A DNA stretch of 26,937 bases, taken from assembly GCF_006345805.1 (NCBI RefSeq), contig NW_021833411.1, positions 1 through 26,937 on the forward strand, written 5' to 3'. Shown here in pieces: positions 1 through 10,562 of this stretch. Each line of letters begins with the position of its first letter. Within the stretch, counting starts at the first letter, position 1. The position numbers were made by a program, and so were the translations under genes. Source of the DNA: Octopus sinensis (Eukaryota). A model generated the notes under the pieces. That model searched no databases. It was not told the DNA's origin and saw only the letters and a list, made by a program, of their open reading frames with translations.

Positions 1-402
1 CAGGCCGAATGCTTGGGCAAACTGGCCAAGTGTGCCTGACTGTAGGGAAGACTGGGACTGTCCTTTAGATCCGTGTATCAGAGTCGGCCAAAGTACGTGC
101 CAAGGGATATCCAATTGTTCCAACTGAGGGTCAGAGATCTCTCCATTTTCTCCGAGCTCGGGAATCTCTCCAAAGTATGACAGAAAGAAAAAATAACGGC
201 CAACGCCAAGGGCTCAGAGGAGTGAACTGAAACCCTGACACCAAGTCGAGATACTTGTCCCAGAATCAGTCACAAACACCTGAAAGAGCACGGAAAATAC
301 CCTCTTTGATGAGAAGATGCATTCTGAGGGAGAATATGCGGGATAATCCGTCAAAATATTGCACAAAAGTGTCGACCCACTCCGAATGAGTAATGGAAGT
401 GA
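1..402 (-). pseudogene. MON2: MON2 internal fragment (copy 0), cut by a 3.6-kb deletion
   Basis: Nearly identical to 3671-4072 and ~19151-19555 (encodes ...THSEWVDTFVQYFDGLSRIFS...FCHTLERFPSS). At 401-402 it jumps directly into sequence matching 7700 onward, so the 5' two-thirds of the gene and its start are absent. Confidence 0.85.
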
Positions 403-1110
403 CTTTATCTTTTAAGAAAGGAATTTGGGAGGAGTGCCTGGAGTCAGTTAGCAATAAAGCGGGAAGAATGCTTCTTCAATTTATAGTGATTTGAAATACT
501 GCCTAAAAAGAACAGAAAACACATATGGCCACTACCGTAAAATTCTTATCTTGAAAATACAATGAAATGTATATGAATTGACAGTATCGGACCTGCTGAA
601 AATTCAACGTGAATATTTATGGGAAAAAATTGAAAAGAAGCCCTTCCAATCTACAATGCATAAAGAATACTGAAGTTGATGTTAATTATGCTTGCGGGTT
701 GTTAACCCATGGAAACAATTTCCCCAACTGAAGCAAGCCTGTCACTACTGCAAGACCGAAATTTGTTTTTCAATAACAGAGAGAATAAATGCAGTCACTG
801 CAACTTGGCAAGTCAAGTCAAAGTGGAATACGACTTGATGGCGAAAAAACTGGAAGCGATCCACCGCGCAAAAGTGAAGATCGTCTCTGTCATTATGACC
901 TGGACGGATTTGTGTCAAAATTCTTTAAAACCCGCCTGAAGGCGCTTGTCGTGGAAGAAAGGACGAAGGCATAGATTCAGACACTGGTGTTGCGGAAGAC
1001 CTTAGAAAGCATGCAAGCCGACACAAGGCACGGGTTTTTCAAGTCTGTTGAGAAGGTAGCTACTGAATCTAGACTCGCGTTATATGAATCTGGACATTCG
1101 TTCACTGAAC
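401..1110 (+). mobile_element. Degenerate R4/Dong-like non-LTR retrotransposon, post-RT region (family B, copy 0)
   Basis: Frameshifted translation LYLLRKEFG..LESVSNKAGRMLLQF...LLQDRNLFFNNRENKCSHC...YDLMAKKL...KVKIVSVIMTWDGFVSKFFK...VLRKTLESM. Internal deletion between the zinc knuckle and the endonuclease end, and an in-frame TAG. Duplicate of 7700-8400. Confidence 0.75.
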
Positions 1111-1499
1111 GTAGGTGAGCCCTAAGAGGGTGACGTTGATGTAACAAAATACTAAGAATTACGAAAACGAAAACTGAATAACTATTAATTATTTTATTTG
1201 TGACTTTCAGAATTATGTATGCAAGCGATTAACAAATGGGTGAAAGCGAAAATGAGAAAACTTGATTATCAAAAACCGATCCCTAAACTGGGTAATTGCT
1301 CCGCGTATGGGCATATGGAATGTTTAATTGATAGACTTTTAAGTTTTTTTTTGCTTTATTCCTACTCGATTATTTTGGTTGGATTATGTAATTTATTTTA
1401 CTTTGCCAGAAAGTTACTTTTTCTGTTCATTTCGTAATTATAAATAATATAAAAGCAAAAATTCATAAACTGTCTGAGACATCAAATTATACAATCCAA

Positions 1500-1978
1500 T
1501 TTGCTGAATGAAAGACGGGATTGTATTAAAAGAAAGGGCTCATCATCATTTAGACTAATAGACTCCTTGAAGGATCAATGTATCCAATATGCACCCGGAT
1601 TGACGACTGACGCCGTCATCAGTTTTATCGCTGCGGAACCGGATGTCTTAATCGGCCACACAACAAAAAAATGGGGAGGGGAAACAATGCCCGGGAGTGG
1701 TCTATTTGCTTACAATCACGGAATACCTCAAGCGCAAATATACATTTCATGAAATGGGAATCTTTTTTTGAACATGCTGAAAGAATTGCAGAGGAACTTT
1801 ATGATTGAGCAAATAAAGAACAAGCAATTGCATGCAACTCTCTCAGATTTTTTAAATGATCTAATTTTCCAGTTGATTATTGCATAGAAAAAACTTACCG
1901 AAAACAGTGAAGGCTCTCTGTTTCATACAGAAAAGTATTCTATTTTTTATAATGCTGGAATAATGTGCAGTCATTGTA
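1500..1978 (+). mobile_element. Highly degenerate R4-like retrotransposon fragment (family C), truncated at the tandem junction
   Basis: Duplicate of ~8810-9289. Frameshifted YLLTITEYLKRKY...EGSL.FIQ...CSHC. In the other copy it continues into AKKTVDHLATRC. Confidence 0.55.
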
Positions 1979-1979
1979 G

Positions 1980-2680
1980 TGTCTGTGTTCAATAAGCATA
2001 CTCCCTAGAGTCCTCTTCGGCACAACCGACTGGATGTATGTCCTCGTTCCTTCTTCAATGGATAACTTGTCCATATGACTTTTAAAGAACTTTGAGACAA
2101 CTCCATTCCATGTCAAGACAATTGGAATAATCCTCACTTTTGCTTCATAGAGAACCGACAGTTCGTTTGCAAGCAGGTCGTATTGTCAAATTTTTCCACT
2201 TCAAATTGCTTTAAACGGTCTTGCGAGGTAGCTCCACTTCGATTAAATGAATTCTCTTTTCCTCTTGTCATAAACGAAAATATCAGGTTTATTGAAATGA
2301 AATTTCGTTTCAGTCATAATGACTCTGCAATTGTCAGTTGAATTGTCAACTCTGATTTCGACATTTTGGGTCGACATTATTGACACAACCGAATGTCCCT
2401 TCAATTTCCTACTTCGTTTAATTTTATACATTCGACAACGGAAATAATACTGTTTTTTAGCATCCTACACACCGCGTGGCTAGATGGTCAACAGTCTGCC
2501 TGCTTTTTTTGCAGTGGACGCATAGTGATCCCGTGTATGCAAAGAACAAATTCCTATCTTGCAAAAGACAGTACAATGCCTCGCTTCGTAGACCATTGTT
2601 CCCTTTCGATAGCCATTGCGAAGAAGTGTGCGACCACCAAGAAAGACGTGGAAAAATATATCAAATTTGAAAAGTGAGCG
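1980..2680 (-). mobile_element. R4/Dong-like non-LTR retrotransposon 3' part: CCHC knuckle plus restriction-like endonuclease (family A, copy 1)
   Basis: SSQWLSKGNNGLRSEALYCLLQDRNLFF...CVHCKKSRQTVDHLA...FNKPDIFVYDKRKRE...IVLTWNGVVSKFFKSHMDKL. Has a ~40-bp deletion removing RHNEVV relative to the 17363-18165 copy, and its last ~65 bp are missing. Left boundary exact; right boundary +/-30 bp. Confidence 0.85.
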
Positions 2681-2690
2681 GAGTAACTCG

Positions 2691-5600
2691 CTAGGTCTCG
2701 CATGGTCCACACTGGGATACTAATATGACAATACAGTCAATTTCCGACTGATGGAGGGACCCCTTCTTCAGCCAACCTAATATCACAGAGATCAGCGAGT
2801 CGTCCAACATGTGGGAATTTTCGCTCAGAAGAACTCGAAGGAAGGCAACAAATCTGCAGTCGACATCCTCGTCAATCCTGAGGTCTTCGGTTGGGTAAAT
2901 TGAAGAAGGGACACTGCAATAAAACAACCTAATCAACCGCGAATTGAAGATAATCCTCGAAAAAACGTCCCCAATGTCGATTTCACAGAAATATTCCTCT
3001 CAAAGATGAAAGGACGAGGAGTACCACTCATATTCCATTCCAACACCTCAATCAAGGCCAGAAACGCCGCTCTCCACAAGTTCGGGGAACAGGCGTATTT
3101 GCACGATCCAACGTACCCCAATGTCTACCACTCACCAATCACATCAACCTCGATTATCTTTTTGAAGCAGTCTATCCCAAATTTCCCACCACGGAGAACC
3201 GAGCAGTGTCCGGAGAGAATGGAGACCACTTTAACGGATAAACAAACGTGTCCAAAATGCACCAAATCCGCCTGGAATTAGTCACTGTCGTCTAACCGTG
3301 CCATAATCCCCCTCCGACACCAGTTTGAGTGGAGTGTCCTCAAAACGGGTTATTGAGACCCAGAGTGATGATAAATTGGAGTAATTGTGTAACAAATTCC
3401 ACGTGGAAAGAAGAGGAATGGACCTCAAACCTCTGCTATTAACTGAACTGGCACAACCTGACACAAAAACATTAAATTTTCGACGACAGCGTTCTGCAGC
3501 TGAGTAGTGAGTTGACGGACTTTGACTGAACGACGGAAGCAAACTCGCCGAGGACGGGGACACTCAGGAACTCGTAGTTGACCCTCACAAATGACCCGAT
3601 TCTCCCGTCATCCAAACTGCCACGTAAGCAAATTAGAAGGCAACTCTAAAAAAGGAGTGACTTGTAGCATCAGGCCGAATGCTTGGGCAAACGTGGCCAA
3701 GTGTGCCTGACTGTAGGGAAGACTGGGACTGTCCTTTAGATCCGTGTATCGGAGTCGGCCAAAGTACGTGGCAAGGGATATCCAATTGTTCCAACTGAGG
3801 GTCAGAGATCTCTCCATTTCCTCCGAGCTCGGGAATCTCTCCAAAGTATGACAGAAAGAAAAAATAACGGCCAACGCCAAGGTCTCAGAGGAGTGAAGTG
3901 AACCCCTGACCACCAAGTCGAGATACTTGTCCCAGAATCCGTCAAACACACCTGAAATGAGCACGGAAAATACCATCTTTGATGAGAAGAACATTCTGGG
4001 AGAATATGCGGGATAATCCGTCAAAATATTGCACAAAAGTGTCGACCCACTCCGAATGAGTAATGGAAGTGAGGACAGTCTCCCAAATCATGGTCTGTGT
4101 GTCGAAGAGACCTTTGAGGAGTGTAACCCACTGGGAGTCCTCGATGGACTTGTTGTTAGCAGTGATGGCCGAATAGAGTGAGTTGACGGCAGACCGACGG
4201 AGGGAGTATCTCTCATCCATGCAGCAGGCCGACAGATTGGCGAATATGTGACAGAACATATCCGGGTGCATGAACACATCTGGTCGCACATTCCCCACTA
4301 CCAGTAATCCACTACACTACCAGTAATCCTATGCAGGACAGACTCGTATTCAAATCCACCTTCCCCGTGGCAAATTGGACGACCAAATCAGCGAGAATGT
4401 GGACATTTTCCACACACATATACTCCAAGTGTCGTTCGGATATTGTCTGGACAGTCTTGAATGCCCTCTTGGTATCACTGTCATGTCACAACAGGCCATT
4501 ACACTCCCCTCAGACTGTTCAATAAGAGTGACCAGACTTCTCCCTCCGTCGGACATGTTGATAATATCAAATTGATACAATCCAGTTGAACTCGTCTGCA
4601 CTCCTCGTCGTGGGGGAAGGAGGCGACCACCCGAGTAACTTCAACATGCAATAGAATGGCCACCATCAAAAGAACTGTACGATTTGACGAGAGCGAATAT
4701 GACAAGTCCTGAGACAAGACCGAGAGTGGCTGTCCTTAGTCGTTTGTTAGAGAAGGAAGGAGAGTTGAAGAAGACAGTCGGTGGCCATATTCCACCACAC
4801 ATCGACCTTGGCAGCACACAGTCCACACAACTCCCCAATCCAGGCAGCAAAAAGGAGTTGCATGTCCTCCTAACATGAAGGGTGCCTCTACCTCGTGGTG
4901 ACTCAGTTTGCCCAGTCTGGCGATATGGGACAGGACTTGCAGCTGGTCGTCCTTAGCACTGCAAATGGACAAACACACCAACCTGACATATCGGCATAGT
5001 CCGGGGATCAGACACATCTTATCCCACACAATCTCGAAGGGGGGTCCTTCACAGGCACTGCAGTTGGAGAGCACATCCATGACTGCAGTGAAATTGAACG
5101 TAGGTCTCATTCCACGCAAAATGACCATGTTCTGGGAATATCAAACACACCCACATTAAAACACAACACAAGAGGACCCCACCCAGCCTCCAATCCTCCC
5201 TCGGAAACCAATCGAATGAGGACCTGTTCTGCCATTTCCCTTTTACGACGTTCCTATGAGTGTACAGAGAAATATGACCACACTATGAATACTTCCATAG
5301 ACATCTTCGTACACGTGGGAGTACCCGAAATCTGCAAGTCGACAGTAACCAGTACAGTTCTCCAAATACGTGTGCACATTGTCGTAGGATAACACTCCCG
5401 TGAATCTCCGAGGGAGCATCGCGGAGGACACGAGTGCCACCAACAAGTCGACTTGGCAAGTCAGTCCCCGCCTATTCCACTCTCGCACTACTCCCTCCAC
5501 CAAAGAAAGCAAATTAGTCATTTAGAGTCGCAAGTACTACAAATAACAACGAGAGGCCACCAGGATATCATAAACAGACTGAGGGATTTCACAATGTCCT

Positions 5601-7140
5601 CCAAAACAAGAGAAATGAGCAGACGACCTCCCAACGTGTCCAGAAAGAGGGTCAGTTTGCCAACATGTCCTCCACCGGTCATAGATCAGATTCAGCACGT
5701 GTGCAGGACTAACCGAGGGTGCCTCCCCCTCCCCCATATTGACACTGGACGATTAGGAGGGTCACCTACCAGTGCACTGAACACCCGTCCGTGTAGACCA
5801 GTTTGATGAGAGGATAAAACACGTTTCCGACACGGAATCCCAGCTGGTCATAAAATTCCGCAATTCCGTGATTTTGACTCCACAAAATGGATTCACTCCA
5901 GCAGAGAGCAGAATATGTACTCAGACTCACTTTGATGACCTTAAAGTAGCAGGACCTCCTCTCACTGTCCTCCAACTCCACCGCCCTGCCACTTTCTCGC
6001 CAACCAAACCTTCTAACAAATGCGTCCTCAAGAAAGCCTGCAGGGTGTCTGCGGCAAGAGAATAAAAGAAGACGTCCCGGTCTCCCATGAGGACCAGTTT
6101 AGACAGGAGACCGGCAATGAGATGACTCTCCAGTGCCTACCACATCAAAACGTGTCCAAACCAAAAAGTCAAATGTCCTGACTAGTAGGAATACCAATTT
6201 CATCAATTGTTGTCTTGCCGAAAAAGACACGTGCAGATATTGATTTTCGAATGTACGGCCGTGGGACAAGAGTTGGACGACGACCGAGCAGACCTGTGTC
6301 CTAACCAGGTCTCGGAAGACCTCTTTCTGGAATGATGTGACACCCAAACCGTGCTAAACAGCTTGTTGTTCAATACTGAAATAATTAGTTCAATAGAAAG
6401 TTCAATCCCCCATTTTCTGAATCCACTTGGATTTGTTGCCTCCGGCCACTGCACACAAGTCCTGAAATATATGCAAAAGTGACCTGAATGAACATGTAGG
6501 TGTCCCCCTCATAGGAGTTGAGTCCCGGGGGGAGAGGACAGTCACTCACTCTCCGCGAAGTGGACGGGTCGTCGTTCAATGTCAGTGCACGATCAAATAC
6601 AGAGGAGGCCAACTGATTGACCACGGCCAGGCCGGCCATGCACGTGGTTTGTGTTGGTGACCCAATAACCCCGAAACAGAGGGAAATGACCTGTCGGAGG
6701 ACATCCGAGGATATGTGCTCGTACATTGCCACCAGCGAAGAACACGTCTGGAGGACCCGGAGTTCCTCGATTCCGTTATTGGCAAGAAGGGAGAGGAGGG
6801 AGACCAGGTGGTCCACGCCTGCCTGAGAATAAGTCTGGTCACTGCGTTGTCCAGGGCAGACTTGTGGTGCAGTATCTGATCGACTGCAGACCGATTTTCA
6901 CGGCTGAGGGAATTCGCGAATTGACTGCCTCGAAGAAGGGGGAAAGAAAGGGGACTGAGTTTTCTCACATGGCTTTAATCAGAAATTCATCTTGTTTAAT
7001 ATCTGAAAGCAGTTTTATTGTGTTTACATACGACTATATTTAGGAGATTTGGATTACTGTTATTAGGTGCTCGGACTTTCTTTTGCTTGATTTTTAAGAG
7101 AGTTTAAATCCCTGGTCAGGATATCTATGAGGTCAGTCAT
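2691..7140 (-). CDS. MON2: MON2 (Sec7/BIG-family endosome-Golgi trafficking regulator), multi-exon, frameshifted in this assembly, probably C-terminally truncated (copy 1)
   Basis: ATG at 7140: MTDLIDILTRDLNSLKNQAK...IKAMRENS...SPFFEAVNSRIPSAVKIGLQSIRY...NNGIEELRVLQT (DCB domain). Then MFIQ|DLCAVAGG..W...IELIISVLN; NTSLSCIGLL|WGMCD; IFANLSACCMDERYSLRRSAVNSLYSAI; KYACSPNLWRAAFLALIEVL; RIDEDVDCRFV...WLKKGSLH. Blocks occur in MON2 order. GT-AG introns at 7034-7057, 6823-6842, 6462-6483, 5224-5246, 4298-4320, 3436-3457 and 3272-3296. Confidence 0.9.
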
Positions 7141-7288
7141 GTGCGTCCACAAAACAATTTCTTTTTTAATTATTTAAATAGTAATCAATATGCTAATAAT
7201 AATTAAACTTTATTTATTAAATAAATTACTTTGTATTTTTTTACGAAAATATTGATTTTAAAAAATATAGTTCAAGTTAACATTCAAG

Positions 7289-7447
7289 CTCCAAGGATCC
7301 TAGGGAATTTACATTCCTAATCCAAAGGATCCTGTTGGCCGTTGTGCGCGGGAACAGCTGTTCCATCCGGCTTGCTGGCCGATTAATTTCTGATTAATTT
7401 AACTTTCCTTATTTCCTGATCTTTGTCACGACTTTCTTACATATTTG
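7289..7447 (+). mobile_element. 5'-truncated CRE-like retrotransposon 3' tip with 9-bp target-site duplication
   Basis: Encodes KDPREFTFLIQRI.LAVVRGNSCSIRLAGRLISD*, the CRE C-terminal motif (QR(I)SLAV.RGN). Flanked by ACATTCAAG at 7280-7288 and 7448-7456. Confidence 0.8.
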
Positions 7448-7619
7448 ACATTCAAGAAAAAATGGGGAAAAATAAAATGATATTTTCTAACAAATTGATT
7501 TTGACTATATTTAGCGTAATACTGATCACAGTATGTACTCCAGTATTCATATCATAAATAAAAATCTAATATTTAATTAAAAAACCTATATTTCAGGACA
7601 AGTTAAAATCAATAGAAGT

Positions 7620-8400
7620 GATTGAGCAAGGAGAGTGATTGATAAGAATATCGGTCGAATTCTTATGGACAGTCATATCCACTTGAAACCGGCAAAAAAG
7701 ACTTTATCTTTTAAGAAAGGAATTTGGGAGTAGCCTGGAGTCAGTTAGCAATAAAGCGGGAAGAATGCTTCTTCAATTTTATAGTGATTTGAAATACTGC
7801 CTAAAAAGAACAGAAAACACATATGGCCACTACCGTAAAATTCTTATCTTGAAAATACAATGAAAATGTATATGAATTGACAGTATCGGACCTGCTGAAA
7901 ATTCAACGTGAATATTTATGGGAAAAAATTGAAAAGAAGCCCTTCCAATCTATTTTGTTTCAATGCATAAAGAATACTGAAGTTGATGTTAATTATGCTT
8001 GCGGGTTGTTAACCCATGGAAACAATTTCCCCAACTGAAGCAAGCCTGTCACTACTGCAAGACCGAAATTTGTTTTTCAATAACAGAGAGAATAAATGCA
8101 GTCACTGCAACTTGGCAAGTCAAGTCAAAGTGGAATACGACTTGATGGCGAAAAAACTGGAAGCGATCCACCGCGCAAAAGTGAAGATCGTCTCTGTCAT
8201 TATGACCTTGGACGGATTTGTGTCAAAATTCTTTAAAACCCGCCTGAAGGCGCTTGTCGTGGAAGAAAGGACGAAGGCATAGATTCAGACACTGGTGTTG
8301 CGGAAGACCTTAGAAAGCATGCAAGCCGACACAAGGCACGGGTTTTCAATGTCTGTTGAGAAGGTAGCTACTGAATCTAGACTCGCGTTGATATGAATCT
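7620..8400 (+). mobile_element. Degenerate R4/Dong-like retrotransposon, post-RT region (family B, copy 1)
   Basis: IDKNIGRILMDSHIHLKPAKK..LYLLRKEFGSSLESV...LQDRNLFF...CSHC...YDL...SVIMT.DGFVSKFFK...RKTLESM, with frameshifts and an internal deletion. Boundaries approximate. Confidence 0.75.
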
Positions 8401-8809
8401 GGACATTCGTTCACTGAACGTAGGTGAGCCCTAAGAGGGTGACGTTGATGTAACAAAATACTAAGAATTACGAAAACGAAAACTGAATAACTATTAATAT
8501 TTTTATTTGTGACTTTCAGAATTATGTATGCAAGGCGATTAACAAATGGGTGAAAGCGAAATTGAGAAAACTTGATTATCAAAAACCGATCCCTAAACTG
8601 GAGTAATTGCTCCGCGTATGGGCATATGGAATGTTTAATTGATAGACTTTAAAGTTTTTTTTGCTTTATTCCTACTCGGATTATTTTGGTTGGATTATGT
8701 AATTTCCATTTTACTTTGCCAGAAAGTACTTTTTCTGTTCATTTCGTAATTATAAATAATATAAAAGCAAAAAATTCATAAACTGTCTGAGACATCAAAT
8801 TATACAATC

Positions 8810-9690
8810 CAATTTGCTGAATGAAAGACGGGATTGTATAAAAAAAGAAAGGGCTCATCATCATTTAGACTAATAGACTCCTTGAAGGATCAATGTATCC
8901 AATATGCACCCGGATTGACGACTGACGCCGTCATCAGTTTTATCGCTGCGGAACCGGATGTCTTAATCGGCCACACAACAAAAAAATGGGGAGGGGAACA
9001 ATGCCCGGAGTGGTCTATTTGCTTACAATCACGGAATACCTCAAGCGCAAATATACATTTCATGAAATGGGAATCTTTTTTTGAACATGCTGAAAGAATT
9101 GCAGAGGAACTTTATGATTGAGCAAATAAGAACAAGCAATGCATGCAACTCTCTCAGATTTTTTAAATGATCTAATTTTCCAGTTGATTATTGCATAGAA
9201 AAAACTTACCGAAAACAGTGAAGGCTCTCTGTTTCATACAGAAAAGTATTCTATTTTTTATAATGCTGGAATAATGTGCAGTCATTGTAACTCAGCCAAG
9301 AAGACGGTTGATCACTTGGCGACAAGGTGTGATTGAATGCTAGTGACTATTTACAAAGACACAGTGAACTATGTTGTGCAGGTAGTATAGAATTACGAAA
9401 TCGAAGGTTGAAAATCTATTTTTTTTAGTCGAAGAGTGCGAATTACTCTGTGAAGATTCGTATCGATACAACAATAAATACAAATACGAAAGTCCAGAGT
9501 AACGAGGCGGACATGAGAGCACATCTGCTTATAGAGATGTGATGATCTCCCAAAAAGACCTGATTGATCAAAAAGTGCAGATTGTAGGAATTTTTGAGTA
9601 ACCAGCCCATCCCATGTTAATACAATAGGTACATTAACCAAGTGTCTGACTCTGCAGTTCCTTGCGTAATTCGCGCAGAATTACTGTGGC
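8810..9690 (+). mobile_element. Highly degenerate R4-like fragment (family C) with its last ~100 bp inverted
   Basis: Plus strand: CSHCNSAKKTVDHLATRCD*, then KIRIDTTINTNTKVQSNEADM..LLIEM. Minus strand at ~9590-9690: RELRKEL..VPIVLTWDGLVT. Confidence 0.6.
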
Positions 9691-10380
9691 AATGTTGTAA
9701 TTAGAATATGGTTTATTTTTTTATTAATTATTGTTTAATTATCCTAATTTTTAATGGTAAACCTAATAAATTATTCCACATGTGAGCACGCAGTTGATTC
9801 ACCTTGTGGTGATGTTTATATAATTAACCCTTTTCTTAATTTTTTATATAATTGGATTTAGTGGGAATATTTCGAGATGCAGTTTCTTTTAATGATTAAA
9901 TTATTTGAAATTTCATCACTTTGTGATATTTTTCGAATTTATTCCTATAATTTGTTTCTTTTACTCATTTTGAAATTTCTGTAACGCTAATATTTTTTGA
10001 AATATTTATTTATTCAATTTTTAATCATTTTTTGGTACTTTTTCATATACTTGTCGTTTTCCCACGACCAGTTAAGTTTTTTATATACAGTATAAACTCC
10101 ATTTGTGGCATCAATTTTGTAAAATTCCCTGAAATTTTCTTCATTTTTATAAACATAACATTTTTTAAGTACTAAAAATTTTTATTCTATTGACGATTTT
10201 TTCGTTATTATTTGTTCATTTGTAACGGTGAGTCATGTAATATGTGACATGGGCCAAATGATACTTATGCGATACGCGTTACACTGACCTTAAATTAATG
10301 TTAATCTGTCAATTTATCGATAAACTTCAAACAATCTTTTGTAGCAATTTATTTCAGAAATGAGTTAATTATAAGACAGG

Positions 10381-10555
10381 CTAGTAGTTTTCCGCGGCTG
10401 ACGACATAATCGAATAGGCATTGCCGCGAACAACGGCCAAACCTATTCTTTGTCGAAGCCATGTTGGTTCCCTCAATCGTTTATTACATGAGCAATTTTT
10501 CGTCCGATTTCTTTAAGGAATGACTCAGTTAAGGAATCTTGTTATTGATTTATCG
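10381..10555 (-). mobile_element. CRE-like retrotransposon 3' tip, interrupted on its 5' side by the hAT element
   Basis: Minus-strand translation SFLKEIGRKIAHVIND.REPTWLRQ.RIGLAVVRGNAYSIMSSAAENY* (stop at 10381-10383), with two small frameshifts. Confidence 0.75.
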
Positions 10556-10562
10556 ACTAGAG

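Larger units (their letters stand above)
401..1978 (+). repeat. Segmental duplication, direct repeat of 7700-9289 (and of ~23190-24262 up to position 1453)
   Basis: Colinear near-identity with exact breakpoints at 401/402 and 1978/1980. Confidence 0.95.
1980..8765 (+). repeat. Segmental duplication, direct repeat of 17427-24262 (offset about 15.45-15.5 kb)
   Basis: Colinear near-identity seen by eye along the R4 fragment, MON2, upstream region and family B fragment. Confidence 0.95.

Noticed and set aside
1501-1810. ORFs RLIDSLKDQC...KWESFFEHAERIAEELYD (also 8834-9121) as a novel small gene
   Set aside because: The ORFs change with 1-bp indels between copies, and another frame aligns loosely with the post-RT region of the R4-like elements. 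Treated as retroelement decay, with modest confidence.
3006-7043. Many 60-140 aa ORFs on the plus strand and in alternative minus frames over MON2 (same at 18488-22465)
   Set aside because: They are antisense or shadow ORFs of GC-balanced MON2 exons. None resembles a known family.
7290-7400. GC-rich duplicated island upstream of MON2 as a possible small ncRNA or spliced-leader gene
   Set aside because: It translates to the CRE C-terminal motif and has a TSD. No Sm site or leader structure was recognised.
9666-9684. Perfect small hairpin GTAATTC-GCGCA-GAATTAC as a Helitron 3' hairpin or terminator
   Set aside because: No downstream CTRR end, and it lies within the minus-strand retroelement coding remnant.
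10396-10461. Long hairpin (GAATAGG...CCTATTC) preceded by CTGACGA, resembling a hammerhead ribozyme, SECIS or pre-miRNA
   Set aside because: The required GAAA core is absent (GAAG), and the region is fully explained as the minus-strand coding end of a CRE element.
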